A DNA stretch of 63,047 nucleotides, filler included, from Octopus bimaculoides (Eukaryota), in the NCBI RefSeq assembly GCF_001194135.2. It is 6 parts of 6 records of this genome, joined end to end, with 100 filler letters (N's around TTAATTAATTAA, not from the genome) between each part and the next. Parts side by side here need not be neighbours in the genome. Positions count along the whole stretch, not along the records: positions 52,171 to 61,623 come from NC_068989.1; positions 61,724 to 63,047 come from NC_068996.1; 4 more parts are not named here. One strand, written 5' to 3'. Positions 59,519-63,047 of this stretch are shown one piece after another; position 1 is the stretch's first letter, and every line of letters starts with the position of its first letter. The translations under genes and the position numbers were made by a program. Below the pieces are notes generated by a model, which was not told the origin of the DNA, did not search any database, and worked only from the letters and a program-made list of their open reading frames with translations.

Positions 59519-60509
59519 GTGCACCTGAACATATATTTACATACATGCGCACAAATGTACACATAGATAAATATAAAGCTCTATGTATGTATATTGTCAG
59601 GTCAGTGTATGCGGATGCGCGACTGTGTGCACATNNNNNNNNNNNNNNNNNNNNNNNNNNNNNNNNNNNNNNNNNNNNNNNNNNNNNNNNNNNNNNNNNN
59701 NNNNNNNNNNNNNNNNNNNNNNNNNNNNNNNNNNNNNNNNNNNNNNNNNNNNNNNNNNNNNNNNNNNNNNNNNNNNNNNNNNNNNNNNNNNNNNNNNNNN
59801 NNNNNNNNNNNNNNNNNNNNNNNNNNNNNNNNNNNNNNNNNNNNNNNNNNNNNNNNNNNNNNNNNNNNNNNNNNNNNNNNNNNNNNNNNNNNNNNNNNNN
59901 NNNNNNNNNNNNNNNNNNNNNNNNNNNNNNNNNNNNNNNNNNNNNNNNNNNNNNNNNNNNNNNNNNNNNNNNNNNNNNNNNNNNNNNNNNNNNNNNNNNN
60001 NNNNNNNNNNNNNNNNNNNNNNNNNNNNNNNNNNNNNNNNNNNNNNNNNNNNNNNNNNNNNNNNNNNNNNNNNNNNNNNNNNNNNNNNNNNNNNNNNNNN
60101 NNNNNNNNNNNNNNNNNNNNNNNNNNNNNNNNNNNNNNNNNNNNNNNNNNNNNNNNATGGGAAAGTGTCCTTTATCAAGATGTTGATTGACTAAATGATT
60201 TTGACTGCAATTCGTAAGGCGGAACTGTATCGTAGCCTGAAGGGATGGAGTGTACCTGTAATTCTATGGTTCAAACACGTGGCACCCTTTCACCTTGACT
60301 TTCCGTGAAGATAATGATAAAGGTACATGTATTTGCGGAATACATAGTCACTCGCGCTGAACTGGTATTACGTCGGTTACGACTATTGCACCAGTTGATC
60401 CGATCAACGGAACAGCGTACTCGTGGAATTAATTTTCAAATGGCTGAGTACTCCACATATCTGGGCACTCCACATATCTGGGCACTCCACACACCTAAGC
60501 AGTACAATT

Positions 60510-60940
60510 GTAGTAGCGATATACAAGTCATAATTTACGAAACAGATGTTTCCCCTCTAAAACGAAACTTCGACTAGGCATTTAAACAATACTCATTTCC
60601 CGACTTATGGGGAGTTCAAGCAAACATTGTACAGTCGTACATCTTCTGTTATATGTACATGAAACCAAAGTAGCAGATTAGCACATCTGGCTATTTAAAG
60701 AAAAGAAGTTAACTACAACATTAAACAGGTAATTATTGAAAAATCAAGAACAAAGAAAAAGATATTTTTCTTCACAACAGAGATGATGAATCCTCAAAAA
60801 CAAAAACAAAGCAAGAACAAAACAAATGAACTCAAAATCTAAACGACAATGACATTTATTTGAACACTAGACAAGAGATTTTCGGGAAATGCAGATACTT
60901 TGAGAAACATCTATGGAGACGGCCATACAACCTTTAGATG
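60510..60940 (+). mobile_element. Degenerate Penelope-like GIY-YIG endonuclease fragment
   Basis: Pieces VIIYETDV, YGEFKQTLYSRTSS, IIEKSR and YLNTRQEIFGKCRYFEKHL resemble the PLE EN C-terminus; frameshifted. Confidence 0.5.
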
Positions 60941-61723
60941 GTTAACAGCATACATATTACAAAAAATATGCTGACAGATGGACTTGTTTTTCTTAGTCTT
61001 TACTTCTCTTATTTTTCCTACCTCTTCTTTTTTGCTCTCACTTCTTTTCTTTTTTATTATTTCCTTCTGTTCTTGATGTGTTCACTTCCCTTTCTCCTAT
61101 TGTTAAAATATTGATCTCTCAGCTCTACAATCTAATTTCGTTCTATTTTCTGTTAGTTACAGATTTTTCCTTATTATATTTCTATTGTTCATATATTTTT
61201 CCAAAATAGTTTTACAAAAATATTTTTGAATAAAAGACGTTGTCTGACGATATTCTATTATCGGCAAAAGTGCGTTGAGTAACCACGATGGATAAATTAT
61301 CGGTCGTATTGCTTTATCTCTCTATCTCACTTTTTATATATATACACATGCTTATACATACATATACACACACACGCATATATATATGTAAATATATATA
61401 CATACATGTATATATGTATATATATACATACATACATGCATACATACATACATACATACATACATACATACATACACACACATATATATATATATCTCTT
61501 TTACTCTTTTACTTGTTTCAGTCATTTGACTGCGGCCATGCTGGAGCACCGCCTTTAGTCGAATCAAATCGACCCCAGGACTTATTCTTTGTAAGCCTAG
61601 TACTTATTCTATCGGGTCACTTTNNNNNNNNNNNNNNNNNNNNNNNNNNNNNNNNNNNNNNNNNNNNTTAATTAATTAANNNNNNNNNNNNNNNNNNNNN
61701 NNNNNNNNNNNNNNNNNNNNNNN

Positions 61724-61757
61724 TCTTCTTCTTCTTCTTCTTCTTCTTCTTCTTCTT

Positions 61758-61828
<71 letters not shown>

Positions 61829-61835
61829 CGTTATT
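61724..61835. repeat. (TTC)n-(TTA)n microsatellite
   Basis: Direct inspection. Confidence 0.95.
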
Positions 61836-62849
61836 GTTGTTGTTATTAAAATCTTTTCTGGTTTATATTTTTTCTATACTTAATTTCTGTCTGTCCACAT
61901 GTTTCTTTTTCTTAAACCAAACCTTTCTCTCTCTCTCTATGTATCTGTTTCTTTCCATTTTTCCTCACACACACACGCACACACACACATGCATGCACAC
62001 ATGCACACGTACGTACGCACTCACACACACTTATACACATTTACATACACACAAAATCTTTTTCTATCTTTCCATCATTCTATCGAAACCGTCATATTTC
62101 GTCTTGTTTGTTTTTTCTTTTTTCCCTTACGATCAATTCATTTTTATTTTTAGTAAATTTATTTATATTTTTATTCATTTATGCATATATTTATTTCTAT
62201 ATTTCTATATTTCTATATTCATTCTTTTCTCTTCTTTTTTCTTGTAGTTTCGATTAAGCTATCCAGCTTTAAATTTAATGACATCTCATCTGCCCAATAT
62301 ACAAGTCAATCTCCTTCAAACTGTCAACTGTCAATATTGTAGTGCACACAATGTAGATGCAGAATGAAGATGAGGGAGGTGAAGAATGTAGGCCGGCGCT
62401 TTTATTTTATTTTATTTTATTTTTGCATATTGTCGAACGAAAAAGTTTTGGTTGACGGGAAATAATTGTATAGGAAAAGGAACGGCACTCGTTGTTAGAT
62501 GGATCGTTAACTCTTTGAGTGGAGAGGCTCCTTTTTTACATTGAGATCACTGTTTCGTGTTCTAGTGAATATTTAGCCTATAGAAACAGGCCACCAGGCC
62601 AACATCTTTACCAGTGTTTCACTAATACAAACACCGCCATCACCCAATCACCTCCAATACACGTCAATAATAACACTGACAACTATGGGTTAGTAGTCAA
62701 ATTGTCATCAAATCCTTGAAATACAAGTCATATTTTAAGTTTAAAATAATAATAATAATAATAATAATAACAACAAAGCAAACGATGCTGCTGCAGCGAA
62801 AGAAGCTTGCACTATCAACAAACATTACAACCACAACCTGCTACCAACA

Positions 62850-63047
<198 letters not shown>

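Overview
Repeat-rich eukaryotic genomic DNA. The retroelement and SINE repertoire and the draft-assembly style point to an octopus/coleoid cephalopod scaffold (inference). About 24 N-gaps cover roughly 7.8 kb; five are 100-bp pads carrying an artificial TTAATTAATTAA. One protein-coding gene is well supported: a three-coding-exon, + strand Regulator of G-protein Signalling (RGS) gene (27718-27772, 30202-30368, 33398-33562). It splices in frame to a 128-aa protein that is essentially a bare RGS domain, with an in-frame stop upstream of the ATG. Two further orphan exon candidates lie at 9496-9728 and 51395-51501. The rest is mostly transposon debris: RTE/BovB-like, CR1/L2-like, Penelope-like and CRE/NeSL-like retroelements; mariner/Tc1, pogo- and piggyBac-like DNA elements; several tRNA-derived SINE families; microsatellites and minisatellites. 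The most unusual non-coding structures are near-perfect 58-90 nt hairpins (7484-7541, 10694-10781, 28678-28764), a 555-bp palindrome made of two mariner right ends, and inverted RTE 3'-UTR copies flanking RGS coding exon 2. I see no prokaryote-type system, CRISPR array, rRNA or bona fide tRNA gene. TE coordinates are approximate and all alignments were done by eye.
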